DNA from: an uncultured Actinomycetes bacterium
GTDB lineage: Bacteria > Chloroflexota > Dormibacteria > Aeolococcales > Aeolococcaceae
NCBI GenBank assembly: GCA_964618935.1
Contig: CAZUDL010000006.1
Span: forward strand, 71,874-135,873
Reading direction: 5' to 3'
Length of the DNA: 64,000 nucleotides
The notes under the pieces were generated by a model. It saw only the letters and a list, made by a program, of their open reading frames with translations. It had not been told where the DNA came from and ran no database searches. This document shows positions 51,354 to 59,817 of the stretch, piece by piece. Positions within the stretch are counted from its first letter, which is position 1; the number at the start of each line of letters is the position of its first letter. Made by a program: the position numbers and the translations under genes.

Positions 51354-51728
51354 TCAGTAGCAGAACACCCGGCACTCGTCGGAGAGCGCCATCTCCGTGT
51401 AGCGCGCCGCGCCCATGGCACCGTCGACCTCGGGGATGAGGTCCTCCATGGTGAGGTCGTGCAGCGACAGCGACGCCGGGCAGACGTAGAGCGAGGCTCC
51501 GGCCGCCTTCGCCTGACGGATGAAGTCGAGCACCGTCTTGTCCTCACCGTCCTTGATGGTCAGCGTCTCCGCTACACCCTTCTTGAGCAGCAGGGTGCCG
51601 TCGATGAGGGTCACGATGACGCACTCGTAGTCGAGCGCCGTCGCGGCCATGGCCTGGAAGAAGGGCGTGCCGAGTCGGTGTCGCGTGTCGGGCCCCGACG
51701 TCATCATGATCAGCAGCGTGTTGGGCAT
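51354..51728 (-). CDS. DsrE/DsrF/TusD-like sulfur-relay family protein
   Basis: MPNTLLIMMTSGPD...YECVIVTLIDGTLLLKKG...SLYVCPASLSL. DsrE-fold Cys in CPAS. ATG with GGAGG Shine-Dalgarno. Confidence 0.65.
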   Translation of the reverse strand: MPNTLLIMMTSGPDTRHRLGTPFFQAMAATALDYECVIVTLIDGTLLLKKGVAETLTIKDGEDKTVLDFIRQAKAAGASLYVCPASLSLHDLTMEDLIPEVDGAMGAARYTEMALSDECRVFCY

Positions 51729-51862
51729 TGAGGCCTCCACCGCGGCGCCGGCCGACCCCGACTCGCGGCGTTGACGGCAGGATGCATACTGTGTTCACAT
51801 GTGGTTGTCGCGGTTCGAATGCCCCGGGAGTCCGGGGCGGAACGCGGCGAGGAGGGACGGCG

Positions 51863-52426
51863 ATGCCGACCAAGGTGTCCGCTGACGCGGAGATAGAGGA
51901 GCGCGTCCGCCAGGCCGTCGACGCCTACCTCGCCGAGAAGGCTCAGAAGGAGGCAGAGCGGCCCAAGAAGATCGCGCTGATCTCCAGCAAGGGCACGCTC
52001 GACATGGCCTACCCGCCCCTCATCCTCGCCACCACCGCGGCGGCGCTGGGCTGGGAGGCCGGCATCTTCTTCACCTTCTATGGCCTGAACATCATTCATC
52101 AGAAGAAGCACGCCAAGCTGCAGGTCGCGCCGCTCGGCAACCCCGCCATGCCCATGCCCGTCCCCAACCTGGTGGGCGCCATCCCGGGCATGACCGCGCT
52201 CGGCTCGACGATCATGAAGTCGATGTTCAAGTCGCACGGCATCGCCACCATCGACGATCTGCTCGAGGCGGCCGTCGACGGCGGCGTGCGGCTCATCCCC
52301 TGCTCCATGACCATGGACGTCTTCGGTTACAAGCCGACCGACTTCCTGAAGGGCGCCGAGGCTCCCTGCGGGGCGGCGACGTTCCTCGACTGGGCCGCCG
52401 ACTCGGACATCTCGCTGTTCATCTGA
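51863..52426 (+). CDS. DsrE/DsrF-like (DsrE3-type) family protein
   Basis: KKIALISSKGTLDMAYPPLILATTAAALGWEAGIFFTFYGLNII...VRLIPCSMTMDVFG. DsrE3-like conserved Cys. ATG with GGAGGG Shine-Dalgarno. The ORF 51728..52426 N-terminus is rejected. Confidence 0.6.
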   Translation: MPTKVSADAEIEERVRQAVDAYLAEKAQKEAERPKKIALISSKGTLDMAYPPLILATTAAALGWEAGIFFTFYGLNIIHQKKHAKLQVAPLGNPAMPMPVPNLVGAIPGMTALGSTIMKSMFKSHGIATIDDLLEAAVDGGVRLIPCSMTMDVFGYKPTDFLKGAEAPCGAATFLDWAADSDISLFI

Positions 52427-52461
52427 GCGCGCCCGGGGGGGTATGCGGAGCATGGGACGTC

Positions 52462-53934
52462 TCACTCTGACCGGGACGCCGCGGCCCGCCCCCACAGCGC
52501 GGGGCGGGTCAGCGGGACGGCGAGCTCCGGCCACACCCTCGGGTCGGGCCGCGGAGCGTATTCGCCGGTGACCGGGCTCACGTCGTAGGTCCAGCGCGGA
52601 CCCTCGCCGGCGATCCGGGTGAGCGCCTCGACGAGGCGATCCACGTCCCCCCTGGTCGTGCCCAGGCCCATGCTCATCCTCACCGCCCCCGGGACGCTGC
52701 GCCGGTCCCCGGCGATCAGCCGGCAGCGCACCAGCTCCGCCTCGGCGGGGTCGACGTGCAGCAGGTCCACCATCAGCGGATGGGCGCAGAAGCAGCCGTT
52801 GCGGACACCGATGCCGAACTCGGCGCTGAGGACGACGGCGAGCTGGCTGTGCTGGAAGCCGCCGAGGTTGAAGGTGACCACGCCGATGCGGGCACTGTCG
52901 TCGTGCCACGATCGGTAGAGCTCGATGCCGGGGATCTCGGCCAGCCGTCCTCGCGCGTACGCGCCCAGCTCCAGCTCCTCGCCAGCCACCCGGTTCATGC
53001 CATAGTCGCCCAGAACCCGCACGGCCGCGCCCAGCGCCACGGCGCCGGTGACGTTCGGCGAGCCCGCCTCCTGGCGGTCGGGCAGCGCGGTCCAGAGGAC
53101 GTCCCCGCCGGTGACGAACTCGACGGCTCCCCCGCCGCGCAGGAAGGGGGCGGAGCGCTCCAGCCAGTCCGGGCGCCCGATGAGCACGCCGACGCCGAAG
53201 GGCGCGTACATCTTGTGGCCGGAGGCCGCCATGTAGTCGACCCCGAGGTCACGGATGCTGACGGGGAAATGCGGCGCCAGCTGGGCGGCGTCCAGCAGCA
53301 CGCGGGCGCCGTGCGCGTGGGCCACGTCGGCCAGCTCGCGCACCGGCCAGATCTCGCCGGTGACATTGGACGCGCCGGTGATGGCGACCAGGTCGGTGCG
53401 GGTGCGCTCGAGATGGCGGGCCAGCGCCGCGACGGCCTCCTCCGCACTGCGGGGCACCTCCAGGTGGGTCGTGCGGAGCGTGTCCCGCCGCCAGGGCAGG
53501 AGGTTGGCGTGGTGCTCGGAGACGAAGGTCACGATCGAGGTCCCGGCCGGCAGCGACCCGGCCAGCAGGTTGACAGACTCCGTCGTGTTGCGGGTGAAGA
53601 TGACGACGTCGTCGGAGCGCGCGTCGAAGAACTCGTGGACGGCGTCGCGAGCGCCCTCGTAGGCGGCGGTCGCCAGCTGCGACTTGAAGCCGGTGCCGCG
53701 ATGGATGCTGCTGTAGTAGGGCAGGAACTCGGTGAGGGCGTCGGTCACCTCGGTGAGCGGCGGCGTGCTCGCCGCATAGTCGAGGTTGACGTAGCGAGTC
53801 CACCCACCGGTGACCAGCGGCACCTCGACGCCATCGCCGAGCAGCGCGGGCCGTGCCGTCGCCGACGCGTCGCATCCGGTGGCTGCGATGCCCGCGGGCA
53901 CACTGCCGCGCACGCGGACGGGGAACGTGGTCAC
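52462..53934 (-). CDS. class-V aminotransferase / cysteine desulfurase-like (SufS/CsdA group) with C-terminal extension
   Basis: SGHKMYAPFGVGVL (PLP Lys)...VRNGCFCAHP (cf. RxGHHCAxP persulfide-Cys loop). GTG start. Confidence 0.8.
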   Translation of the reverse strand: MTTFPVRVRGSVPAGIAATGCDASATARPALLGDGVEVPLVTGGWTRYVNLDYAASTPPLTEVTDALTEFLPYYSSIHRGTGFKSQLATAAYEGARDAVHEFFDARSDDVVIFTRNTTESVNLLAGSLPAGTSIVTFVSEHHANLLPWRRDTLRTTHLEVPRSAEEAVAALARHLERTRTDLVAITGASNVTGEIWPVRELADVAHAHGARVLLDAAQLAPHFPVSIRDLGVDYMAASGHKMYAPFGVGVLIGRPDWLERSAPFLRGGGAVEFVTGGDVLWTALPDRQEAGSPNVTGAVALGAAVRVLGDYGMNRVAGEELELGAYARGRLAEIPGIELYRSWHDDSARIGVVTFNLGGFQHSQLAVVLSAEFGIGVRNGCFCAHPLMVDLLHVDPAEAELVRCRLIAGDRRSVPGAVRMSMGLGTTRGDVDRLVEALTRIAGEGPRWTYDVSPVTGEYAPRPDPRVWPELAVPLTRPALWGRAAASRSE

Positions 53935-54137
53935 GTCGCCGCCAGACTCACGCGACTCGCGGCCGGCGATGCGTCATGAGGGTCGCCGTCGCGCCGTGGG
54001 AACGGCATGGGCCGGCAACCACCTCATGGTGCCATACTATACCGCATCAGTAGACATTCCGCCCCGGGCGGTCCGGCGCCCCAGCCCGCCGGCGGCACCG
54101 CCACGCCGCGCGGCGAGATGACCCCAGGAGTCCCACG

Positions 54138-54905
54138 TTGCGCATCGCGGTGATCATGAAACAGGTCCCGGACCTGGTTGAGGACGTCGAGGTGGACGCC
54201 CGAGGAACGGCCATCGACCGCGACGGAGTGCGCTGGACGGTGAACGAATTCGACGGTCACGCCCTGGAGCAGGCGATGCTGCTCAAGGAGGCGGTCGGGG
54301 CCGAGGTCACCGTCCTGGCCGTCGCCGCCGCCGGCATCGACCAGGTGCTCTTCGCCGCCCTGGCCCGGGGCGCGGACCGGGCCATCGTGGTGCCCACCCC
54401 GGAGGGCCGGACGGATGCCCCCCGGGTGGCGGCGGCCCTGGCGCCTGCGCTCACCGAGATCGGCGCGGACCTGGTCCTGACCGGCGTCCAGGCGGCCGAC
54501 GATCTCCACGGCCAGCTCGGCCCGATCCTGGCCGCGTCGCTGGGATGGCCCCACGTCAGCGTCGTCTGCGGCGCCGAGCTCCACGGCTCGGCGGTCGTCG
54601 TGCAGCAGGAGTACTCCGGCGGCCGGACGGCCGCCCTCGAGGTCGATCTCCCCGCCGTCCTCGGCGTCCAGGCCGCCGGCCGCCCGCCCCGGTACGTGCC
54701 CATCAGCCGGCTCCGCCAGGTCATCGCCTCGGCCACCATCGGCTCGCACGCCCCCGCCGCCGTGGTGCCGGCCCCGGCGACCACGGTGACCCGGCTGGCG
54801 GCCCCGGCCCAGGAGTCGCTGGCGCGCATGCTGGAGGGAAGCGCCGACGACGTGGCGCGCCAGATCGTCGAGGCGCTCCACGAACACGGCCTGGTGGGCG
54901 TCTGA
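54138..54905 (+). CDS. etfB: electron transfer flavoprotein beta subunit
   Basis: TTG start with AGGAG Shine-Dalgarno: MRIAVIMKQVPDLVEDVEVD...LVLTGVQAADD. Confidence 0.9.
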   Translation: MRIAVIMKQVPDLVEDVEVDARGTAIDRDGVRWTVNEFDGHALEQAMLLKEAVGAEVTVLAVAAAGIDQVLFAALARGADRAIVVPTPEGRTDAPRVAAALAPALTEIGADLVLTGVQAADDLHGQLGPILAASLGWPHVSVVCGAELHGSAVVVQQEYSGGRTAALEVDLPAVLGVQAAGRPPRYVPISRLRQVIASATIGSHAPAAVVPAPATTVTRLAAPAQESLARMLEGSADDVARQIVEALHEHGLVGV

Positions 54906-54907
54906 GC

Positions 54908-55876
54908 ATGCCCGGCATCCTCGTCTACATCGAGGCCGACCCCGGCGGTGTCGCCCCCGTCAGCTTCGAGGTCCTGGGGGCGGCGCGCACCCTGGCGCCG
55001 CATCTCGGCGGCCCCGTCGAGGCGCTGGTGGCCGCGGCCGACCCGGACACCCTGGCCGCCGCGCTGGGGGCCGCGGACAGTGTCCTCACGGTGACCGATC
55101 CGTCCCTCACCCCCTACCTCCCCGAGGCGCACCGGGCGGCCCTCGAAGAGGCCATCCGCGTCCGGCAGCCGTCGGTCGTCCTCATCGGCGGCACCTCCGC
55201 GGGGATCGACCTCGCCGCCGGCGCCGCCACCGCCACGAGCCGTCCCCTGGTCGCCTACTGCACCGCCCTGAGGGTGGCGGGGCAGGAGATGGAGGCCGAG
55301 AGCCAGCTCTACGGCGGCAAGCTGGTGGCGACCACCAGGACGGCCCCGCCGGCGATCTTCTCGCTGGTCGCGGGGTGCTTCCCCGAGGCTCCCGGGCACG
55401 CGCCGGGGACCGCCCCCCGCATCGCCCTGCCGCCGCCGGCCGCCCTCCAGCGGCTGAGGACGAGGCTGGTGGGGACGGGGGCCGCCGCCGCCGGCACGGT
55501 GGACATCACCAAGGCCGAGCGGATCGTCAGCGTCGGACGCGGCATCGGCGCCCCCGGCGACATCGACCTGGCCCGCGACCTGGCGACCGCCCTCGGTGCC
55601 GAGCTGGGCGCCTCCCGCCCGGTGGTCGACAGCGGCTGGCTGCCCAAGGAGCGGCAGGTGGGCAAGTCGGGGATGACCGTGAAGCCCAGGCTCTACGTGG
55701 CCGTCGGCATCTCCGGGGCGCCGGAGCACCTCGAGGGCATGCGCGGCGCCGGAGTCATCGTGGCCATCAACACCGACCCCGGCGCCCCGATCTTCCAGGT
55801 CGCCACCTACGGCAGCACCTGCGACTTCGGCGATCTCCTCCCCGCCCTCAGCGCCCGCCTGACGGCAGCCGGCTGA
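54908..55876 (+). CDS. etfA: electron transfer flavoprotein alpha subunit
   Basis: [11 protein letters not shown]...IVSVGRGIG...[43 protein letters not shown] (FAD-binding). Confidence 0.9.
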   Translation: MPGILVYIEADPGGVAPVSFEVLGAARTLAPHLGGPVEALVAAADPDTLAAALGAADSVLTVTDPSLTPYLPEAHRAALEEAIRVRQPSVVLIGGTSAGIDLAAGAATATSRPLVAYCTALRVAGQEMEAESQLYGGKLVATTRTAPPAIFSLVAGCFPEAPGHAPGTAPRIALPPPAALQRLRTRLVGTGAAAAGTVDITKAERIVSVGRGIGAPGDIDLARDLATALGAELGASRPVVDSGWLPKERQVGKSGMTVKPRLYVAVGISGAPEHLEGMRGAGVIVAINTDPGAPIFQVATYGSTCDFGDLLPALSARLTAAG

Positions 55877-55880
55877 CCCG

Positions 55881-57875
55881 GTGGCGGTGCCCGCGATCCT
55901 CCTGCTCGCCCTGGTCGCGGCGGTCCTCCTCTGGTCCGGCACCCGCTACTGGCGGGTGCTGCGCCCCTTGGCCTCGGCTGCGCCCGAGCACCGCTCCGAC
56001 CACCCGGGGACCCGGCTCCGCGGTGTCGTCACCGAGGTCGGCGGCCACACCCGCCTCTTCGAGGTCCCCTACTCCGGGACGTTGCACGCGCTCATCTTCG
56101 GAGGCTTCGTGGTCCTGCTCACCGCGCTCGTCGAGGAGGCGGGCCGCCTGGTGGCGCCCGGATTCAGCCTCGACGCCATCGGCGGCTCCACCTGGATCGC
56201 CCTGCTGCAGGACGTCTTCGAGGTCGCCGTCCTGGTGGGGGTCTGCATGGCCGCCTACAACCGCTGGGCCCGGCGGCCCGCCCGCTTCCGCGGCTCCAAC
56301 CAGCGCGACGCGGCGGTGATCCTGGCGCTGATCTTCTGCGAGATGGTCAGCCTGCTCCTCCACGACGCCTTCCGCATCGGCCAGGGCGGCGATGCCGCCG
56401 CCGGCTGGCAGCCGGTGGCATCGGCGCTGGCGCGGCTGATCGAGGTGGCCGGGGTGCACGACGCGGCCGCCGCGCCCTGGGCGGGTGCCTTCTTCTGGGC
56501 CCACGTCACCGCGCTCCTCGTCTTCCTCCCCTACATCGCCACCAGCAAGCATCTGCACATCGCCACGGCCGTCCCCAACCTCTACTTCCGCAATCTCGGG
56601 CCCCGCGGCGCGCTGCGCCCGGTCGACCCCGGCGGCCCGGCGGTCGGGGTCGGCGAGGTCGACCAGCTCAGCTGGAAGCAGATGCTCGACCTCTACGCCT
56701 GCACCGAGTGCGGCCGCTGCCAGGACGCCTGTCCCGCCTTCGCCGCCGGCCAGCCGCTCAGCCCCAAGGTGCTGATCATGGACGTGCGCAACCACCTCCG
56801 CGACCGCGGCCGCTCCGCCACACGGAAGGCGGCAGGGGGCGCCGTGCCGCAGCTGCTCGGCGACGTCGTCCGCGACGAGACCCTCTGGGCCTGCACCACC
56901 TGCACCGCCTGCATGGAGGTGTGCCCCCTCCACATCGAGCACGTCCCCCTCATCGTCGACATGCGCCGCCGCCTCGTCGAGGAGGGTCGCATGGAGCCGC
57001 CGCTCCAGGACGCGCTGGCCAGCCTGGCCCGCCACGGCAACTCGTTCAACCGCTCGGAGCGGGCGCGATCGGCATGGACCAGGGATCTCGGCTTCCCGGT
57101 CAAGGACGCGCGCACTGAGCCGGTCGACGTGCTCTGGTTCGTCGGCGACTACGCCGCCTACGACCCCCGGGTGCAGGAGCTCACCAGGGGCGTCGCCCGC
57201 GTGCTGCACCGCGCCGGCGTCGACTACGGCATCCTCTACGAGGCGGAGCGGAACAGCGGCAACGACGTGCGCCGCGTCGGCGAGGAGGGGCTGTTCGAGC
57301 AGCTCGCCCGGCACAACATCGAGACGCTGGGCCGGTGCAGCTTCCGCCGCATCATGACCGCCGACCCCCACAGCCTCAACGCCCTCGCCCAGGAGTATCC
57401 GGGGATGGGCGGCCGCTATCCGGTGCTCCACTACACGCAGCTGCTGCTGGAGCTGGTGGAGAGGGGGGCGCTGGCGCCGGCGCCCCACCCGCAGGTGGTG
57501 ACCTACCACGATCCCTGCTACCTGGGACGCTACAACCAGGGGTACGACGCCCCGCGGCGGCTCCTGGAGCGCCTCGGCGTCACTCTCCACGAGATGCCGC
57601 GCTGCCGGGAGGCGAGCTTCTGCTGCGGGGCCGGCGGCGGCCGCATCTGGATGGATGACAGCGGGCAGACGGAGCGCCCCAGCGAGTCGCGGATCCGCGA
57701 GGCGGTCGCCCTGGGTGACGCCCACCGCCTGGTCGTGGCCTGCCCCAAGGACATGGTGATGTTCACCGCCGCGGTGCAGGCGACCGGCATGGCCGGGCGC
57801 ATGGAGGTGGTGGACGTCATCGAGCTGGTGGAGGCGTCCCTGACGCCGGAGGAGGTGGCCGTTGCCGTCGCCTGA
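55881..57875 (+). CDS. membrane-anchored Fe-S oxidoreductase, HdrE/NarI-like cytochrome-b N-domain fused to HdrD/DsrK-like CCG domain (EtfD-like)
   Basis: 5-6 TM with conserved His (HALIFGG, HDAF, WAHVTALLVFLPYIATSKHLHIA), then CTECGRCQDACP and CTTCTACMEVCP ferredoxin motifs, then CCG domains (YHDPCYLGRYNQGYD...FCCGAGGGRIW...VVACPKD). GTG 4 nt after etfA stop. Confidence 0.8.
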   Translation: MAVPAILLLALVAAVLLWSGTRYWRVLRPLASAAPEHRSDHPGTRLRGVVTEVGGHTRLFEVPYSGTLHALIFGGFVVLLTALVEEAGRLVAPGFSLDAIGGSTWIALLQDVFEVAVLVGVCMAAYNRWARRPARFRGSNQRDAAVILALIFCEMVSLLLHDAFRIGQGGDAAAGWQPVASALARLIEVAGVHDAAAAPWAGAFFWAHVTALLVFLPYIATSKHLHIATAVPNLYFRNLGPRGALRPVDPGGPAVGVGEVDQLSWKQMLDLYACTECGRCQDACPAFAAGQPLSPKVLIMDVRNHLRDRGRSATRKAAGGAVPQLLGDVVRDETLWACTTCTACMEVCPLHIEHVPLIVDMRRRLVEEGRMEPPLQDALASLARHGNSFNRSERARSAWTRDLGFPVKDARTEPVDVLWFVGDYAAYDPRVQELTRGVARVLHRAGVDYGILYEAERNSGNDVRRVGEEGLFEQLARHNIETLGRCSFRRIMTADPHSLNALAQEYPGMGGRYPVLHYTQLLLELVERGALAPAPHPQVVTYHDPCYLGRYNQGYDAPRRLLERLGVTLHEMPRCREASFCCGAGGGRIWMDDSGQTERPSESRIREAVALGDAHRLVVACPKDMVMFTAAVQATGMAGRMEVVDVIELVEASLTPEEVAVAVA

Positions 57876-57962
57876 GCCGCCCGGAGGACGTCGGGATTCC
57901 CTCCTGTACCATGGCGGAATCCATGCCGAGGCCGCCGCCCAGCGGCCCGCGGAGGCCTGACC

Positions 57963-58400
57963 GTGGCGACCGTCAACCATTGCGACATCCCCGAAGACCT
58001 GCACTATCTGGTGGACAAGCACGTCTGGGTGCAGCGCCAGGACGACGGTGCCGTCCTGCTCGGCATCACCGACCCCGCCCAGAAGCTGGCCGGCAGGATC
58101 GTCGCCCTCACCACCAAGAAGGTCGGGCGCGTCATCACCAGGGGACAGAGCGCCGGCACCGTCGAGAGCTCCAAGTGGGTGGGACCGATCCCGAGCCCGC
58201 TCAGCGGCGAGATCGTGGCCGTCAACGAGGCCCCGCTGAAGGACCCCGCCGTGCTCAACCGGGAGCCCTACGCCAACTGGATCGTGCGCCTCCAGCCCAG
58301 CCTGTGGGACGAGGAGTGCGGCGAGATGGTGACCGGTGCCGAGGGGGTTGAGGCGTACCGCCGCCTGCTCGCCGAGGCGGGCATCGACTGCGACAGTTGA
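57963..58400 (+). CDS. GcvH-like lipoate-binding protein (LbpA-type by context)
   Basis: LLGITDPAQKLAGRIVALT...GTVESSKWVGPIPSPLSGEIVAVNEAPLKDP. Lipoyl-Lys in ESSKW. GTG with GGAGG Shine-Dalgarno. Confidence 0.8.
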   Translation: MATVNHCDIPEDLHYLVDKHVWVQRQDDGAVLLGITDPAQKLAGRIVALTTKKVGRVITRGQSAGTVESSKWVGPIPSPLSGEIVAVNEAPLKDPAVLNREPYANWIVRLQPSLWDEECGEMVTGAEGVEAYRRLLAEAGIDCDS

Positions 58401-58424
58401 CACAACGAGAACGGGAGGAGAACG

Positions 58425-58664
58425 ATGGCCATCGATAGTGCGGATTTGACCCTGGACTGCCGGCACATGCTGTGCCCGACACCGATCGTCAAGGTGTCCA
58501 AGGCGATCAAGGAGGTGGAGCTCGGCCAGACGCTGCTGCTCATCGCCGACGACCCTGGGGCGCCCTCCGACGTCCAGAGCTGGTCGCGCCGCACCGGCAA
58601 CGAGCTGGTCTCCACCGAGCAGGAGGGCGACGTGTCGCGATTCCTGATCCGCCGCACCCGCTGA
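58425..58664 (+). CDS. TusA-family sulfurtransferase
   Basis: LDCRHMLCPTPIVKVSKAIKEV. CPxP motif. 79 aa. GGGAGGAG Shine-Dalgarno. Confidence 0.8.
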   Translation: MAIDSADLTLDCRHMLCPTPIVKVSKAIKEVELGQTLLLIADDPGAPSDVQSWSRRTGNELVSTEQEGDVSRFLIRRTR

Positions 58665-59347
58665 TGTCTCCCCCCCCGGCCCCCGCCGCCACTCTCGAGG
58701 AGAGATGGCGGCTGCTCGCCGAGGTGGAGGCGGACCCGCGCTTCCCCGACTGCCTGCGGGGCTGTTTCGAGTGCGGCATCTGCGTGGCGGCGTGCCCGTC
58801 GGCGCGCTTCTACGACTTCAGTCCCCGCCGCATCGTGCAGGCGATGGCACGCGAGGACGTCGATCTGGTGTGGGAGCAGATGAACCACGACGTCTGGGAC
58901 TGCTCCCAGTGCTTCTCCTGCCTGCGCTGCCCGCGGGGCAACAACCCCGGCGGCGTGATCACCATCATGCGCGAGGTGGCGGTGCGCAACGGGCTCCACT
59001 CGGCCAAGCAGGCGCTCGCCGGGTACGGCCGCATCATCTACAAGATCATGGCCACCGGGACGCAGGTGGCCCCGGACATGATCCAGCCCGAGTCCTTCCC
59101 CGACTGGGGCCCGGTCACCCGCGAGATCGCCGACAACCTCCAGGTCTGGCGCCAGGCGCTGCCGCCGGAGACGCTCCACACCACCGGCGCGTCGTGGGAC
59201 GTCGACGCCAAGACGGTCGCCGAGCTCTACCTCATCTGGCACCTGACGGGCGTCCTCGACATCATCAAGAGCGTCGACCCGACACTGCACTCGATCCTCA
59301 GCGACGTCATGGAAGAGGTGCTGGAGGAGCACGGGTACCAGGTCTGA
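58664..59347 (+). CDS. HdrC-like ferredoxin (2x[4Fe-4S])
   Basis: CFECGICVAACP and CSQCFSCLRCP. 227 aa. ATG overlaps tusA stop (TGATG). Confidence 0.75.
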   Translation: MSPPPAPAATLEERWRLLAEVEADPRFPDCLRGCFECGICVAACPSARFYDFSPRRIVQAMAREDVDLVWEQMNHDVWDCSQCFSCLRCPRGNNPGGVITIMREVAVRNGLHSAKQALAGYGRIIYKIMATGTQVAPDMIQPESFPDWGPVTREIADNLQVWRQALPPETLHTTGASWDVDAKTVAELYLIWHLTGVLDIIKSVDPTLHSILSDVMEEVLEEHGYQV

Positions 59348-59357
59348 TGGCACTGCG

Positions 59358-59384
59358 CCGCGCCCGGCGGGCCGGCGGGCGCGG
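59358..59384. terminator. GC hairpin CCGCGCCCG-(9 nt)-CGGGCGCGG between convergent hdrC-like and nitroreductase genes
   Basis: Seen in sequence. 9-bp stem, no U-tract. Bidirectional terminator candidate. Confidence 0.35.
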
Positions 59385-59816
59385 TCAGAGAGGGGTGAGG
59401 CGGAAGACCGGGTGGCGCGGCGCCTCGGCGGCGATCTCCGCAAGGGACGCGCCGTGCTTGACGTCGAAGAAGGGGCGCACCACGGTCACCTGCTTCAGGT
59501 ACTCCTTCAGCACCGGCGCCGCCTCATGGGGCGGGACCTGCTCGATGCGCAGGCGTTGCGTTCGCCCGCGACGGCTCACCTCGACCTCCCCGGCGGCGCG
59601 CGCGTTGCGCACCCAGGCGACCTCGCCGTACGGGGCCACCAGCCAGCGCTCGCGGTCCTCGATCAGCCGCACCGGCGTGGACCGCGAGAGGCCCGTGCGC
59701 CGGCCCTTCACCGTCAGCGTGTACGTGTGCCGCCCGCCGAGACCGCCACGGTCGAGCAGCTTGATCACCGCGTTCACGGCGCGGCGTGCCGGGCCGCGGC
59801 GGTACGTCCTCGGCAT
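59385..59816 (-). CDS. nitroreductase-family deazaflavin-dependent oxidoreductase (DUF385/PNPOx-like)
   Basis: MPRTYRRGPARRAVNAVIKLL...TVKGRRTGLSRSTPV...WLVAPYGEVAWVRNARAAGEVE. Matches the DUF385 family pattern. Confidence 0.65.
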   Translation of the reverse strand: MPRTYRRGPARRAVNAVIKLLDRGGLGGRHTYTLTVKGRRTGLSRSTPVRLIEDRERWLVAPYGEVAWVRNARAAGEVEVSRRGRTQRLRIEQVPPHEAAPVLKEYLKQVTVVRPFFDVKHGASLAEIAAEAPRHPVFRLTPL

Positions 59817-59817
59817 G

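Noticed and set aside
51780-51840. tRNA-like GGTTCGAAT T-loop motif
   Set aside because: Flanking bases cannot form a T-arm stem or an acceptor stem. No cloverleaf. Lies in a promoter region.
55848-58466. 872-aa minus-strand ORF
   Set aside because: Antisense to the EtfD-like and lbpA genes, which have strong motif support.
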